Assembly: GCA_049517335.1 (NCBI GenBank)
Contig: JBEKSD010000001.1
Coordinates: 32,001 to 96,000, forward strand
Origin: Candidatus Omnitrophota bacterium
GTDB lineage: Bacteria; Omnitrophota; Gorgyraeia; Gygaellales; Profunditerraquicolaceae
Length of the DNA: 64,000 nucleotides
Reading direction: 5' to 3'
The position numbers and the translations under genes were made by a program. The notes below the pieces were generated by a model. It ran no database searches and was not told where the DNA came from. It saw only the letters and a program-made list of their open reading frames with translations. Shown here one piece after another: positions 9,896-20,060 of this stretch. The stretch's first letter is position 1. Each line of letters starts with the position of its first letter.

Positions 9896-10183
9896 ATGAG
9901 CGCGCAAGAAATAATATTGAATATTGCTGTAAATTTAGGACGAATTGGAAGATATGCCTATGAGGGCAAGTGTTCCCGAGTCGAACAATTCTTAAATGAA
10001 ACAGATGAATATGTCCGTCAACTCGAGTCAATACCTTTAAAGCCGCGTTTTAAAGGAACATTCTATGATTTTAAGAAATCTTTAAATGAATTAGAGAAAG
10101 ATATGCGTTTAGATACATTTTGGGCAGAAACAGCCTATACTTGGGCTAATATTTTGACTCATCGCGCAAAATTAGCGGGTTAA
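9896..10183 (+). CDS. Hypothetical all-helical protein, partner of DUF5674 gene
   Basis: 95-aa ORF starting 3 nt after upstream stop, amphipathic helices, fills the gap to purD. Confidence 0.7.
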   Translation: MSAQEIILNIAVNLGRIGRYAYEGKCSRVEQFLNETDEYVRQLESIPLKPRFKGTFYDFKKSLNELEKDMRLDTFWAETAYTWANILTHRAKLAG

Positions 10184-10192
10184 AGAAATAAT

Positions 10193-11464
10193 ATGCGAAT
10201 ATTAGTGATTGGTTCTGGCGGAAGAGAGCATGCGTTGGTGTGGAAGATTGCGCAGTCAAAGCTCGTAGACAAGATTTTCTGCGCTCCGGGAAATGGTGGT
10301 ATTTCAGAAATTGCCGAATGTATTGATATTAAATCTGAAGATATCCCCAAGTTACTTGAATTTGCCAGAAAAGAAAAAATAGATTTAACTGTTGTCGGCC
10401 CTGAAGTTCCGCTTGCCGCAGGTATTGTTGATGAGTTCCAGAATTATAAGTTAAAAGTTTTCGGCCCGAATAAAAAAGCAGCGCAGATGGAAGCGAGCAA
10501 AGTTTTCTCTAAAGAGCTGATGGCTAAATATAAGGTGCCGACTGCGGATTTTAAGGTCTTTGATAATGCTGAGAAAGCAAAAGATTATATCGCTAAGCAC
10601 GGCGCTCCTTGCGTTGTAAAAGCTGATGGTCTAGCCGCGGGTAAGGGTGTAGTCGTGGCTAAGACTATTGAAGAGGCAAATAAGGCAGTAGATTCAATGT
10701 TAAAAGAAAGAATTTTCGGCGATGCCGGAAATAGAATTATTATTGAAGATTGTTTAGTCGGGCAGGAAGCTTCCATTTTAGTAATTACTGATTCAAAAGA
10801 AGTAATTGCTTTAGCTTCGGCGCAGGACCATAAGAGGATTTTTGATAATGATGAGGGCCCGAATACAGGCGGAATGGGCGTTTATTCGCCCGCGCCAGTG
10901 GTAACAAAAGAATTATTTAAAGAAATTATGGAAAAAATAGTTTACCGTACTATTGACGGCTTGGTAAAAGAAGGCATAGAATATAAAGGTGTTCTTTACG
11001 CCGGTGTTATGATTACTAAAGAAGGGCCAAAGACTTTAGAGTTTAATGTGCGTTTCGGAGACCCTGAAACACAGGCGATTCTGCCACGCTTAAAGTCGGA
11101 TTTAGTGGAAGTAATGCTTGGGGTAGCGGAAGGAAAACTTTCGCGCCTCAGGAATTTAGAGTGGGATGAGCGCGCTTGTGTCACGGTAGTCTTAGCTTCC
11201 AAGGGATACCCGGGAGATTATGAAAAGGGTAAAGAGATATCTGGGCTTAATGAAGTAGCTAAAATGAAAGATATCGTGGTATTTCACGCCGGCACTAAAA
11301 AGCAGGGGGATAAAATTGTCACCAGCGGCGGCAGGGTGCTGGGTGTGACCGGCTTAGGAAAAAATATTAAAGAAGCAATTAACAATACTTATCAGGCAGT
11401 AGCAAAGATAAGCTTTGAAGGCATACATTATAGGAAAGATATAGGCAGGAAGGCAGTGAGTTGA
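10193..11464 (+). CDS. purD: Phosphoribosylamine-glycine ligase
   Basis: GSGGREHAL, KADGLAAGKGV, QDHKR, GPNTGGMG, EFNVRFGDPE. Confidence 0.98.
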   Translation: MRILVIGSGGREHALVWKIAQSKLVDKIFCAPGNGGISEIAECIDIKSEDIPKLLEFARKEKIDLTVVGPEVPLAAGIVDEFQNYKLKVFGPNKKAAQMEASKVFSKELMAKYKVPTADFKVFDNAEKAKDYIAKHGAPCVVKADGLAAGKGVVVAKTIEEANKAVDSMLKERIFGDAGNRIIIEDCLVGQEASILVITDSKEVIALASAQDHKRIFDNDEGPNTGGMGVYSPAPVVTKELFKEIMEKIVYRTIDGLVKEGIEYKGVLYAGVMITKEGPKTLEFNVRFGDPETQAILPRLKSDLVEVMLGVAEGKLSRLRNLEWDERACVTVVLASKGYPGDYEKGKEISGLNEVAKMKDIVVFHAGTKKQGDKIVTSGGRVLGVTGLGKNIKEAINNTYQAVAKISFEGIHYRKDIGRKAVS

Positions 11465-11480
11465 GTATGCGGAGGGATTT

Positions 11481-11966
11481 ATGTCTAAATTAATCAGTAT
11501 TGTTATGGGGAGTAGTTCTGACTTTGAGATAGTAGGGAATGCTATTGAGATATTAAAACAATTCAAAGTCAGCTTTGAGGTTAAAATTTTATCCGCGCAC
11601 AGGACGCCGAAAGAACTGGCGAACTATGTTGAGAAAGCTTCTTGTGATGGAAGGAAGATTTTTATTGCCGCAGCCGGTGGCTCTGCAGCTTTGGCCGGGG
11701 TAATCGCAGCACATACAACTCTGCCGGTTATCGGCATACCCATTGAAACTAAGAGCTTAAAAGGTTTGGATTCCCTTTTATCTACGGTGCAGATGCCTGC
11801 GGGCATTCCGGTTGCTTCCATGGCCATAGGCAAGGCAGGAGCAAAGAATGCCGCGCTTTTTGCCTTGGAAATTTTAGGAACAAGTGATAAAAAGATAAGC
11901 GCTAAACTCCTTAACTACAGGAAAGAGATGCACGTGAAAGTAAAAAATAGCAAAGTAAGGTTATGA
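11481..11966 (+). CDS. purE: N5-CAIR mutase / AIR carboxylase
   Basis: MGSSSD, SAHRTP, LDSLLSTVQMP. Confidence 0.96.
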   Translation: MSKLISIVMGSSSDFEIVGNAIEILKQFKVSFEVKILSAHRTPKELANYVEKASCDGRKIFIAAAGGSAALAGVIAAHTTLPVIGIPIETKSLKGLDSLLSTVQMPAGIPVASMAIGKAGAKNAALFALEILGTSDKKISAKLLNYRKEMHVKVKNSKVRL

Positions 11967-13021
11967 GCGTAAAAGTAGTTAAAGTTGACCCGAAGGGCCC
12001 TGAAGAAAAGAATGTTCAGCAGGCGGCCGAGGTTTTAAAGAACGGCGGGCTGGTAATTATCCCCACGGAAACCGTCTATGGTATTGCGGCAGATGCGCAA
12101 AATCAGAAAGCCCTTGAAAGGTTATATGAAATAAAGAAGCGGCCCAAAGATAAGCCCTTCTCTTTGCTTATTGCCGATAAGGAGAAAGTTGATGAGCTTG
12201 CCCAAGGGTTAGCGCCTCAGGCTTATCGGCTTATGGATAAGTTCTGGCCCGGGCCTTTGACATTGATATTGAATGCAAAAGAAAAAGGCACGGTGGGCAT
12301 ACGCATGCCGGATAATCCGGTTGCTTTGGAGATAATCCAGCGCTCAGGCGTTCCCGTGGCCTGTCCTTCGGCGAATATTTCCGGGAAAAATCCTCCGGTA
12401 AATTTTGATCAGGCGATAAAAGAATTGGGAACTTTGGTTGATCTTGGCGTAGATAGCGGGCCTACGAAACATAAAATTGAATCTACGATAGTTGATTTAA
12501 CTTCGGATAAAGTAAAAGTTATCCGCGAAGGGGCAATTAAAAAAGAGCAGATTGAAACAACCGCAAGAAGAAAACAGGTGCTTTTCGTCTGCACTGGAAA
12601 TTCCTGCCGTTCGGTGATGGCGGAGGTATTGTTAAAAAAGAAACTCAAAGATAATAAGCGTGACGACGTTGAGGTGATTTCAGCTGGCATAATCTTGTTA
12701 GGCGGGCTTGGCGCAAGCGAGGGCACGAAAGAGGTTTTAAGTAAGGCCGGTCTTGATGTTTCAGGGCACCGTTCGCAGCGGGTGAGCAAAGACATTATCA
12801 GGCGTTCGGATTTGATCCTCGTTATGGAGAAAATACATGAGGAGGAGATCCTGAAGATCGCTCCTGATGCTAAAAATAGGGTGTTTTTACTTAAAGAATT
12901 TGCTAAAATACGGGATGATGACTTAGAAATCCATGACCCTTTAGGGCATACATTGGATTATTACGAGAATATTTATTACATAATAAAGGAAGCAGTAGAA
13001 AGGATAAGCGGGGTTTTATGA
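11963..13021 (+). CDS. tsaC: Threonylcarbamoyl-AMP synthase (YrdC/Sua5) fused to LMW protein phosphatase
   Basis: PTETVYG, KKRP, FWPGPLT, PSANISG; C-terminal VCTGNSCRS P-loop and DP motif. Confidence 0.9.
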   Translation: MSVKVVKVDPKGPEEKNVQQAAEVLKNGGLVIIPTETVYGIAADAQNQKALERLYEIKKRPKDKPFSLLIADKEKVDELAQGLAPQAYRLMDKFWPGPLTLILNAKEKGTVGIRMPDNPVALEIIQRSGVPVACPSANISGKNPPVNFDQAIKELGTLVDLGVDSGPTKHKIESTIVDLTSDKVKVIREGAIKKEQIETTARRKQVLFVCTGNSCRSVMAEVLLKKKLKDNKRDDVEVISAGIILLGGLGASEGTKEVLSKAGLDVSGHRSQRVSKDIIRRSDLILVMEKIHEEEILKIAPDAKNRVFLLKEFAKIRDDDLEIHDPLGHTLDYYENIYYIIKEAVERISGVL

Positions 13022-13470
13022 TGGAAAAAATTCTTATTGCCTCTGACCATGCCGGTTTTAATTTAAAAGAAAAACTTAAATCCTATCTGCTAAAGAAAAA
13101 TTTGGAAATAGTTGATTTGGGTACCTGTTCAAAAGAGCGCTGCGACTACCCGGAGTTTGCCTATTCCCTGGCCAAGAAAATATCCGCAGGGAAATTCAAG
13201 AGGGGTATTTTAATTTGTAAGACCGGCATCGGCAATTCCATTATGGCAAACCGCCTGCGCGGGGTGCGTGCGGCATTAGCTTACAATGTTAAGGCAGCGC
13301 GTTTAAGTAGGGAGCATAATGACAGCAATGTTTTAGTCCTGGGTTCTGTATTTGTAACTAAAAAGCTGGCTAAAAAAATCATAGATGTCTGGCTAAAGAC
13401 GCCTTTTCAGGGCGGACGGCACTTAAAGCGCCTTAATTTGATTAAGCGGTTTGAAAGAGAGGCACGGTAA
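13018..13470 (+). CDS. rpiB: Ribose-5-phosphate isomerase B
   Basis: [26 protein letters not shown]. Confidence 0.95.
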   Translation: MMEKILIASDHAGFNLKEKLKSYLLKKNLEIVDLGTCSKERCDYPEFAYSLAKKISAGKFKRGILICKTGIGNSIMANRLRGVRAALAYNVKAARLSREHNDSNVLVLGSVFVTKKLAKKIIDVWLKTPFQGGRHLKRLNLIKRFEREAR

Positions 13471-13471
13471 T

Positions 13472-14722
13472 ATGAAGCATTTAAAGAAAAGCGATGCGCA
13501 GGTTTATAGAGCAATAAAAAATGAAATCGGCAGAGAGGAAGATACCTTGGAGCTGATTGCCTCGGAGAATTTTACTTCCATGAGCGTGTTTGAAGCCCAA
13601 GGCTCGGTATTGACCAATAAATACGCCGAGGGCTATCCGCATCACCGCTGGTACGGCGGGTGTGAATTCATGGATGAAATAGAGGAGTTGGCAATTGAGC
13701 GCGCCAAAAAGCTTTTTGGCGCGGAGCACGTCAACGTGCAGGCGCATTCGGGGTCTCAGGCAAATATGGCGGTCTATTTTACCTTACTTCAGCCCGGGGA
13801 TACTGTTTTAGCCATGGATTTATCTGCCGGCGGGCACCTTACTCACGGCCATCCGCATAATTTCTCGGGAAAGTTTTATAAAATAGTAGGTTATGGCGTG
13901 GACCGTAAGACGGAAATGCTTGACTATGAGCGCATAATGGATCTGGCCAAAAAACACAAACCGAAAATGATTTTAGCTGGCGCTTCCGCCTATCCGAGGA
14001 AAATTGATTTTAAGGCATTCCGCAGGATATGCGATAGAGTAGGCGCTTATTTATTCGTGGATATGGCGCATATTGCGGGGCTAGTTGCTGCGGGCGTACA
14101 TCCTTCGCCTGTGCCTTATGCAGAGTTCGTAAGTTCCACTACGCATAAGACTTTGCGCGGCCCAAGGGGCGGGTTCGTAATCTGCAGGAAAGAGTTTGCC
14201 AAAAGATTAGACGCGGAGATATTCCCTGGGATTCAGGGCGGGCCGCTTATGCATGTTATCGCAGGCAAGGCAGTAGCTTTCCGCGAAGCAATGACTCCAG
14301 CCTTCCGCGTTTATCAGCGCCAGATTGTGAAAAACTCTAAGGAACTGGCAAAGTCCCTTGCTAATTTGGGTTTTCGCATAGTTTCCGGCGGGACAGATAC
14401 CCATTTGATGCTGGTTGATTTATCCGAGAAAGGGGTTACCGGCGCGGATGTCTCGTGTATATTAGGGCAGGTGGGAATTACGGTGAACAAGAACCTCATT
14501 CCTTTTGACAAGAAAAGCCCGGCAGTGGCAAGCGGTATCCGCCTCGGGACTGCGGCAGTTACCAGCCGCAGCCTTAAAGAAGTGCATATGCGGAGAATTG
14601 CAAAGTTCATTAACGAAGCTATTGAAGGAAGCGATGATTTAAAAAGGTTAGAACAGGTGAGGAAGGAAGTCCTTAATTTAACCAAAAAATATCCATTATA
14701 TCCGGAGCTTTCAAGAGAATGA
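13472..14722 (+). CDS. glyA: Serine hydroxymethyltransferase
   Basis: [33 protein letters not shown]. Confidence 0.98.
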   Translation: MKHLKKSDAQVYRAIKNEIGREEDTLELIASENFTSMSVFEAQGSVLTNKYAEGYPHHRWYGGCEFMDEIEELAIERAKKLFGAEHVNVQAHSGSQANMAVYFTLLQPGDTVLAMDLSAGGHLTHGHPHNFSGKFYKIVGYGVDRKTEMLDYERIMDLAKKHKPKMILAGASAYPRKIDFKAFRRICDRVGAYLFVDMAHIAGLVAAGVHPSPVPYAEFVSSTTHKTLRGPRGGFVICRKEFAKRLDAEIFPGIQGGPLMHVIAGKAVAFREAMTPAFRVYQRQIVKNSKELAKSLANLGFRIVSGGTDTHLMLVDLSEKGVTGADVSCILGQVGITVNKNLIPFDKKSPAVASGIRLGTAAVTSRSLKEVHMRRIAKFINEAIEGSDDLKRLEQVRKEVLNLTKKYPLYPELSRE

Positions 14723-15186
14723 AAAAGAAAAACTTTGATAAACGGCCGACGTGGGAAGAATATTTTATTGACGTAGCAATCCTTGTATCCAAAAGGGCAA
14801 CTTGTTTGAGGCGTAAAGTCGGCTCGGTTTTGGTTAAGGATAAACGCATATTGGCGACGGGTTATAATGGCGCGCCTTCAGGGCTTGATGATTGCCTTGA
14901 GATGGGCAGATGCCTGAGGGATAAATTAAGGATCCCTTCGGGCCAGCGGCATGAACTTTGCCGTGGTTTGCATGCGGAGCAGAATGTTTTAATACAGGCA
15001 GCGCTCCACGGCATAAGCGTTAAAGGCAGCACCCTTTATGCCACGCACCAGCCCTGTCTTATCTGCGCGAAAATGCTGATTAATGCGGGAATAGCCGAGA
15101 TTGTCATTTCTGAAGGTTATCCTGACGAAATGTCTTTACAATTTCTGAAGGAAGCCGGAATAAGAGTGACGAAAGCCAGACACTAA
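14719..15186 (+). CDS. dCMP deaminase (ComEB-like)
   Basis: TGYNG, HAEQN, PCLIC zinc motifs. Confidence 0.92.
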   Translation: MKKKNFDKRPTWEEYFIDVAILVSKRATCLRRKVGSVLVKDKRILATGYNGAPSGLDDCLEMGRCLRDKLRIPSGQRHELCRGLHAEQNVLIQAALHGISVKGSTLYATHQPCLICAKMLINAGIAEIVISEGYPDEMSLQFLKEAGIRVTKARH

Positions 15187-15191
15187 AAATT

Positions 15192-15659
15192 ATGAAATGT
15201 CCATATTGCGGTTTTAAAGAAGATAAAGTAGTGGACTCGCGCGCCACAGCCGAAGAATCAGCCGTAAGGCGCAGGCGGGAGTGCTTAAAATGCGGTAAGC
15301 GTTTTACTACTTACGAATATATTGAGGAAGTTTCCCTGATGGTCATAAAGAAAGACGGCAGGAGAGAGCCGTTTGACAGGAAGAAGATTTTAGCCGGCAT
15401 TATCAGGGCCTGCGAAAAAAGGCCGGTGAGCATGGAGAAGATGGAAGAGATTATCACCCAGGTTGAGCGCTCAATACAGAAGAAAAGCGACCGCGAAGTT
15501 TCCGCCTCGCGCATAGGCGAGCTGGTGATGGAAAAACTAAAAGTTTTAGATGACGTAGCTTACGTGCGCTTTGCTTCCGTGTACAGGCAGTTTAAGGACG
15601 TCGGGCAGTTCATGGTTGAGTTAAAGGACATTTTGAGTAAAGAGAAGAAAAGGAAATAA
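15192..15659 (+). CDS. nrdR: Transcriptional repressor NrdR
   Basis: [26 protein letters not shown]-cone, AYVRFASVY. Confidence 0.97.
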   Translation: MKCPYCGFKEDKVVDSRATAEESAVRRRRECLKCGKRFTTYEYIEEVSLMVIKKDGRREPFDRKKILAGIIRACEKRPVSMEKMEEIITQVERSIQKKSDREVSASRIGELVMEKLKVLDDVAYVRFASVYRQFKDVGQFMVELKDILSKEKKRK

Positions 15660-15662
15660 TTC

Positions 15663-16064
15663 ATGGTAGAGATGGAGTTAAGCAGGATTGTCATTGACGA
15701 AAAACGGCATGACCAGTTGATCGTCTTAAAAGAAAAAAACGGGACCCGTTTATTGCCTATTGTCATTGGTTTAGCGGAGGCATCGGCCATAAAATTAAAA
15801 ATAGGCGGCTTTAACCCTCCACGGCCGCTTACGCACGACCTGCTGCATACGACGATTAAGAATTTAGAAGCGAGCGTTGACAGGATCATAATTGACAAGC
15901 TGGAGGAAAACACCTTCCACGCAAAAATAGTCCTTAAAACCGCAAGCGGAGAGCTTAAAACAGTTGACGCCCGTCCATCGGACAGCATAGCTTTGGCAGT
16001 CCGCGCGCACGCCTCCATTTTTGTTGACGATGAGATCATTAAGAAGTCCGAAAATCCGAAATAG
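15663..16064 (+). CDS. Bifunctional nuclease family (DUF151) protein
   Basis: LPIVIG..EA, RPLTHDL, DARPSDSIALA. Confidence 0.93.
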   Translation: MVEMELSRIVIDEKRHDQLIVLKEKNGTRLLPIVIGLAEASAIKLKIGGFNPPRPLTHDLLHTTIKNLEASVDRIIIDKLEENTFHAKIVLKTASGELKTVDARPSDSIALAVRAHASIFVDDEIIKKSENPK

Positions 16065-16118
16065 CGCCTAAATCGGCAAAGCGGATTCGGAATTAATCCC
16101 GAAGCGGTTTAAAAGAGT

Positions 16119-17576
16119 ATGCTTAAATTCCCTAAAAAAGATCGTGATCTGATGCAGCCGGTTATTGAGTTCGCCAAAAAACGAAAGGTAAAGCTTTACC
16201 TTGTAGGCGGGGCTCTGCGCGATTTGATTTTAGGGAGATTGAAAGAAAATCCTGATTTTGATTTTGCCCTTAAAAGAGGGGCTATAAGTTTCGGCAAGGC
16301 GCTGGCCAAAGAATTATCTTGCGGGTTTGTCATTTTAGATAAAGAGCATGGTTCCTGTCGCTTGGTCAGGAAATTAAAGCATAAAATATGCACTTATGAT
16401 TTTACGGATTTTCGCGGCATAAATATTGCAGACGACCTGCTGCACCGCGATTTTAGCATTAATGCGCTTGCCCTAGAAGCACATCATATTTTATCCGGTA
16501 AAGATTTAAGCCTTTCTTTAATTGACCCTTATGCTGCAAGACTAGGTATAAATAAAAAAATAATAAAAGAAATCAGCAGAAGTTCGTTTAAAGAAGATCC
16601 GCTGCGCGTATTGCGGGCATTCAGTTTTGCCTCAATCCTTAAGTTTAAAATACAACCTTCCGTTTTTAGATTAATTCCGCCGGTAAAAAATAAACTAAAA
16701 GCAGTTTCAGGAGAACGCGTGCGCGACGAATTATTCAAAATTTTTGCAACAGAGGATGCTTACGCATGCCTTAAGCAATTGGATAAAGCGGGTATTCTGA
16801 AAATAATCTTTCCTGAAAGCTCAAGTATGCGCGGCATAGGGCAAGGGCCGTATCACCATCTGGATGTATGGAACCATACCCTTGAAACATTAAAGCAGTT
16901 GGAATCGATATTTAAAAATGTTAAAAAAACAGAAATTATTGATTTTCTTGACGAAATTATATCCGCTGAGCGCAAAAGAAATGCTCTTTTAAAACTGGCG
17001 GCATTACTGCATGATGTCGGAAAACCCGCTACCTTAAGACATGAAGAAGACGGGAAAATTACTTTTCATGGGCATGAGAGGGCCGGACTTAATATCGCAA
17101 CCGCTATTGCCAGGCGCTTAAAGCTTTCAAACGACGAAATTAATATCTTAAGAAGGGTGATTTTATGGCATCTGCGCCCGGGGTATCTTTCGGACTTGGA
17201 GATTTTGACTGCCCGGGCAAAGTTCAGGTATTTCAGGGATACGGCTCATGAGGCATTGAGCGTGTTTCTTCTTTCTCTGGCTGACCAGCGCGCAACCAAG
17301 GGCCGGCTTACTACCGCATTATCGCGTAAGCGCCATGAAAAGACCGTGGGTATTTTAACCAAAGAATTATTTAAGAAGAAAGAAGAAAAAAAGCAGGTTC
17401 GCCTTATCACGGGTGATGATTTGATTAGAGAGTTTAAGCTTAAATCTTCGCCATTAATCGGAAAACTCCTTTCTGATATAGAAGAACTTCGTGCGATAGG
17501 TAAAATTGCGGACAAGGCCTCTGCTTTGAAGGCCGCAGCCAGAATAATTAAAGCCTCAAAGGCTAAAAAATCCTAA
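16119..17576 (+). CDS. Class II tRNA nucleotidyltransferase with HD domain (probably CC-adding type)
   Basis: LVGGALRD, DFDF, RDFSINA, EDPLRVLR, ERVRDE, LLHDVGK. Confidence 0.88.
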   Translation: MLKFPKKDRDLMQPVIEFAKKRKVKLYLVGGALRDLILGRLKENPDFDFALKRGAISFGKALAKELSCGFVILDKEHGSCRLVRKLKHKICTYDFTDFRGINIADDLLHRDFSINALALEAHHILSGKDLSLSLIDPYAARLGINKKIIKEISRSSFKEDPLRVLRAFSFASILKFKIQPSVFRLIPPVKNKLKAVSGERVRDELFKIFATEDAYACLKQLDKAGILKIIFPESSSMRGIGQGPYHHLDVWNHTLETLKQLESIFKNVKKTEIIDFLDEIISAERKRNALLKLAALLHDVGKPATLRHEEDGKITFHGHERAGLNIATAIARRLKLSNDEINILRRVILWHLRPGYLSDLEILTARAKFRYFRDTAHEALSVFLLSLADQRATKGRLTTALSRKRHEKTVGILTKELFKKKEEKKQVRLITGDDLIREFKLKSSPLIGKLLSDIEELRAIGKIADKASALKAAARIIKASKAKKS

Positions 17577-17587
17577 GCTTTCGCTAA

Positions 17588-20026
17588 ATGAAAAAAAAGA
17601 TTCTCATAGCCCTACTCATTCTTATCTTTATTATCTCGGGCGGAATTATCTACCTCAATAGCGTAGTTCTCCCTACCCGAATCAAATCCCTTGTAATTAA
17701 AGGCCTAGAAGAACAGACCGCCAAAAAGGTAAGCCTTGATTCATTGCAGTTTAATATATTTAAGGGCCTGGTCTTAAGAAACCTGGTCATAGAGGATAAT
17801 GGTAAGAAAATCATCAGCGCCAGAGAAGTGTCCTGTTCATTTTTACTGCTGCCGATGTTTAAGAAAAACATCATTATCCCATCCGTGACTATAAAATCCC
17901 CGGCGATTATCCTGGAAAGGCTGCCTGATAATAGTTTTAACCTACAGAGTTTGTTTGTTTCCAAGCCTGCTGCCAAAGAAAGTAAGTTTCAGTTTGTCCT
18001 TTACAAAATAAACATTACCAACGCCAATGTTTATTTTCAGGATAATACTTTAAAACAGCCTTTTAGAAAGGATATCGAAAATTTAAACCTTGTAGTTAAT
18101 TTATCGCTGCCCGCAAGTGTCAGATTCAGGGTTAAGGCAAGAATCCCCGCTACCGCTAAATTACCTATGGAGATATCCGGTCAGGGTGAGTATAAATTAA
18201 TCCAGAAAGAGCTGCTCTCTAATATCTCTCTTAAGGATATCGACCCCAGAGAATTCGCGCCTTACTATGAACCGTTCCAAGTCAAAATATCCGATGGTCT
18301 GATTAATTCCGAAATAAAGTTAAGATTTAAAGATGAGCTTGTAACTGCGGATATTTCAGTGCAGAGTAAAGGTTTAATAATAGCGCAGGATAAATTGTCC
18401 GCAGAGATAAACTCGGATTTGGAAGCCCAGGTAAAATACAATTTAAAAGATAAGGGTTTATCCTATGCAGGAAAAGGCGGTTTTGTCAATTCGCAGATTT
18501 CAGGGTTAGAGCCGGTTGGCACACTTGTTAATATAAATACGGAGGTGAGTTTTAATAATGCAGGCTTATCAACGGATAAGATCTCTCTAGTTTTATCCGG
18601 AGTCCCCCTTGAGGCGAAATTGAAGTTAACAGATTACAGCAATCCTTTACTGAATATCGATATCGCGCATCTGAAGCTTGATTATTTGCCTCAACTGCTT
18701 AAGGATAAAATGAAATTTTCCTTTCCCGGACAATTAACAGGGGATGCGGCTTTAACTTTAAAGATTAAATCTTCGCAGGTTGAAGGCGTCCTGACTCTCT
18801 TGAATGCTTCGGCAAAGTTAGAGAAGCCCGCGCTTTTCTTGGAAAATATCAGCGGTAAAATCCAGTTTAATCCTGCATACGTTAAATGGGAGGCTTTGAA
18901 CTTAAAATATCAAGGCGTTCCTTACAAGGTTTCCGGTTCAGTTTCAAATTTCAATACCCCATTTGTCCAGTTAGGGCTTATTTCGAAAGACCTGAAGCTC
19001 GATTCTGAATTCAGGTTAGAGGATAAGCTTATTCATCTGCTTAAATTTAACGGCGGTTATTTAAACTCTAAATTTTCCATAAAAGGCGATCTGGATATTT
19101 CTGATACAAGTAAACTTGTGCCTAATCTTGAAGGAGATATCAATTTTAACCTCCAAGACCTAAATATCCTTATGGCTAAATTCAAGGGACAACTTGAAGA
19201 GATAAAACCGCAGGGTATTTTGAATGCGCATTTTTCTTTGGGCGGAGACTTGAATGATTTCAAAAACTGTGCGCTACAGGCGAAGGTTACCTCCGAGGAG
19301 GTTTCAGCATATGGCTTAAAAGCTGGGCGCCTTAATTTGCAGTATAACCAGGAAAACGGGCTCATTGATATTCCGTCAATGAATTTGGTTTTATATGACG
19401 GCATAGTTAACGCAGCGGTAAAAGTAAATTTGAATTCGAAAGATACTCTTTATTCATTGGATTTGGATATAGACGGAGTAAAAATTGAGAAGTTAAAGAA
19501 CGACACTGCGGCTAAGAAAAAAGATATCGCCGGAAATTTAAAAGCGCAGTTGAAGTTAAACGGCGTGCTGCAGGATATCTCAAAGCTTAGTGCAACAGGT
19601 AAAATTTATATTAACGACGGCAGGCTTTGGCAGCTGAATTTATTCCAAGGGTTAGGCTCATTATTATTCATACGCGATTTCTCCGAGATTGTCTTTAGCG
19701 AGGGTTCCTGCAGCTTTATCGTACGCGATAAGGTTATTTCTACGAAAGATTTAGTGATGAAAAGTAATATTACTAATCTTGATGGCACTGTGCAGATAGG
19801 TTTTGATTCCCATATCGATGCCTCATTGAATGTGCAGGTGCTCAGTGATAATGTGCCTTTAACGGGGACATTCAAAGATCTGGCTACTGCTATTATCGGA
19901 GGGGCTGAGCATTTTGGGACAATACGTATTACGGGGACGTTAAAAGAGCCAAAATACAGGTTTCATCCTGCGGTGGGAAATATCCTTAACTCTTTGAAAG
20001 ATAGTATTTTAGGTAAAGCTAATTGA
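17588..20026 (+). CDS. AsmA/DUF748-like periplasmic bridge protein
   Basis: N-terminal TM anchor, long repetitive beta-strand pattern, C-terminal ITGTLKEPKY. Confidence 0.78.
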   Translation: MKKKILIALLILIFIISGGIIYLNSVVLPTRIKSLVIKGLEEQTAKKVSLDSLQFNIFKGLVLRNLVIEDNGKKIISAREVSCSFLLLPMFKKNIIIPSVTIKSPAIILERLPDNSFNLQSLFVSKPAAKESKFQFVLYKINITNANVYFQDNTLKQPFRKDIENLNLVVNLSLPASVRFRVKARIPATAKLPMEISGQGEYKLIQKELLSNISLKDIDPREFAPYYEPFQVKISDGLINSEIKLRFKDELVTADISVQSKGLIIAQDKLSAEINSDLEAQVKYNLKDKGLSYAGKGGFVNSQISGLEPVGTLVNINTEVSFNNAGLSTDKISLVLSGVPLEAKLKLTDYSNPLLNIDIAHLKLDYLPQLLKDKMKFSFPGQLTGDAALTLKIKSSQVEGVLTLLNASAKLEKPALFLENISGKIQFNPAYVKWEALNLKYQGVPYKVSGSVSNFNTPFVQLGLISKDLKLDSEFRLEDKLIHLLKFNGGYLNSKFSIKGDLDISDTSKLVPNLEGDINFNLQDLNILMAKFKGQLEEIKPQGILNAHFSLGGDLNDFKNCALQAKVTSEEVSAYGLKAGRLNLQYNQENGLIDIPSMNLVLYDGIVNAAVKVNLNSKDTLYSLDLDIDGVKIEKLKNDTAAKKKDIAGNLKAQLKLNGVLQDISKLSATGKIYINDGRLWQLNLFQGLGSLLFIRDFSEIVFSEGSCSFIVRDKVISTKDLVMKSNITNLDGTVQIGFDSHIDASLNVQVLSDNVPLTGTFKDLATAIIGGAEHFGTIRITGTLKEPKYRFHPAVGNILNSLKDSILGKAN

Positions 20027-20060
20027 CAATGAATATTTAAGGACTACTATTGATCAATAG
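20023..20060 (+). promoter_or_regulatory. Sigma70-like promoter overlapped by a perfect 14-bp palindrome
   Basis: TTGACA(20023)-16 nt-TACTAT(20045); CTATTGATCAATAG at 20047-20060. Confidence 0.45.
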
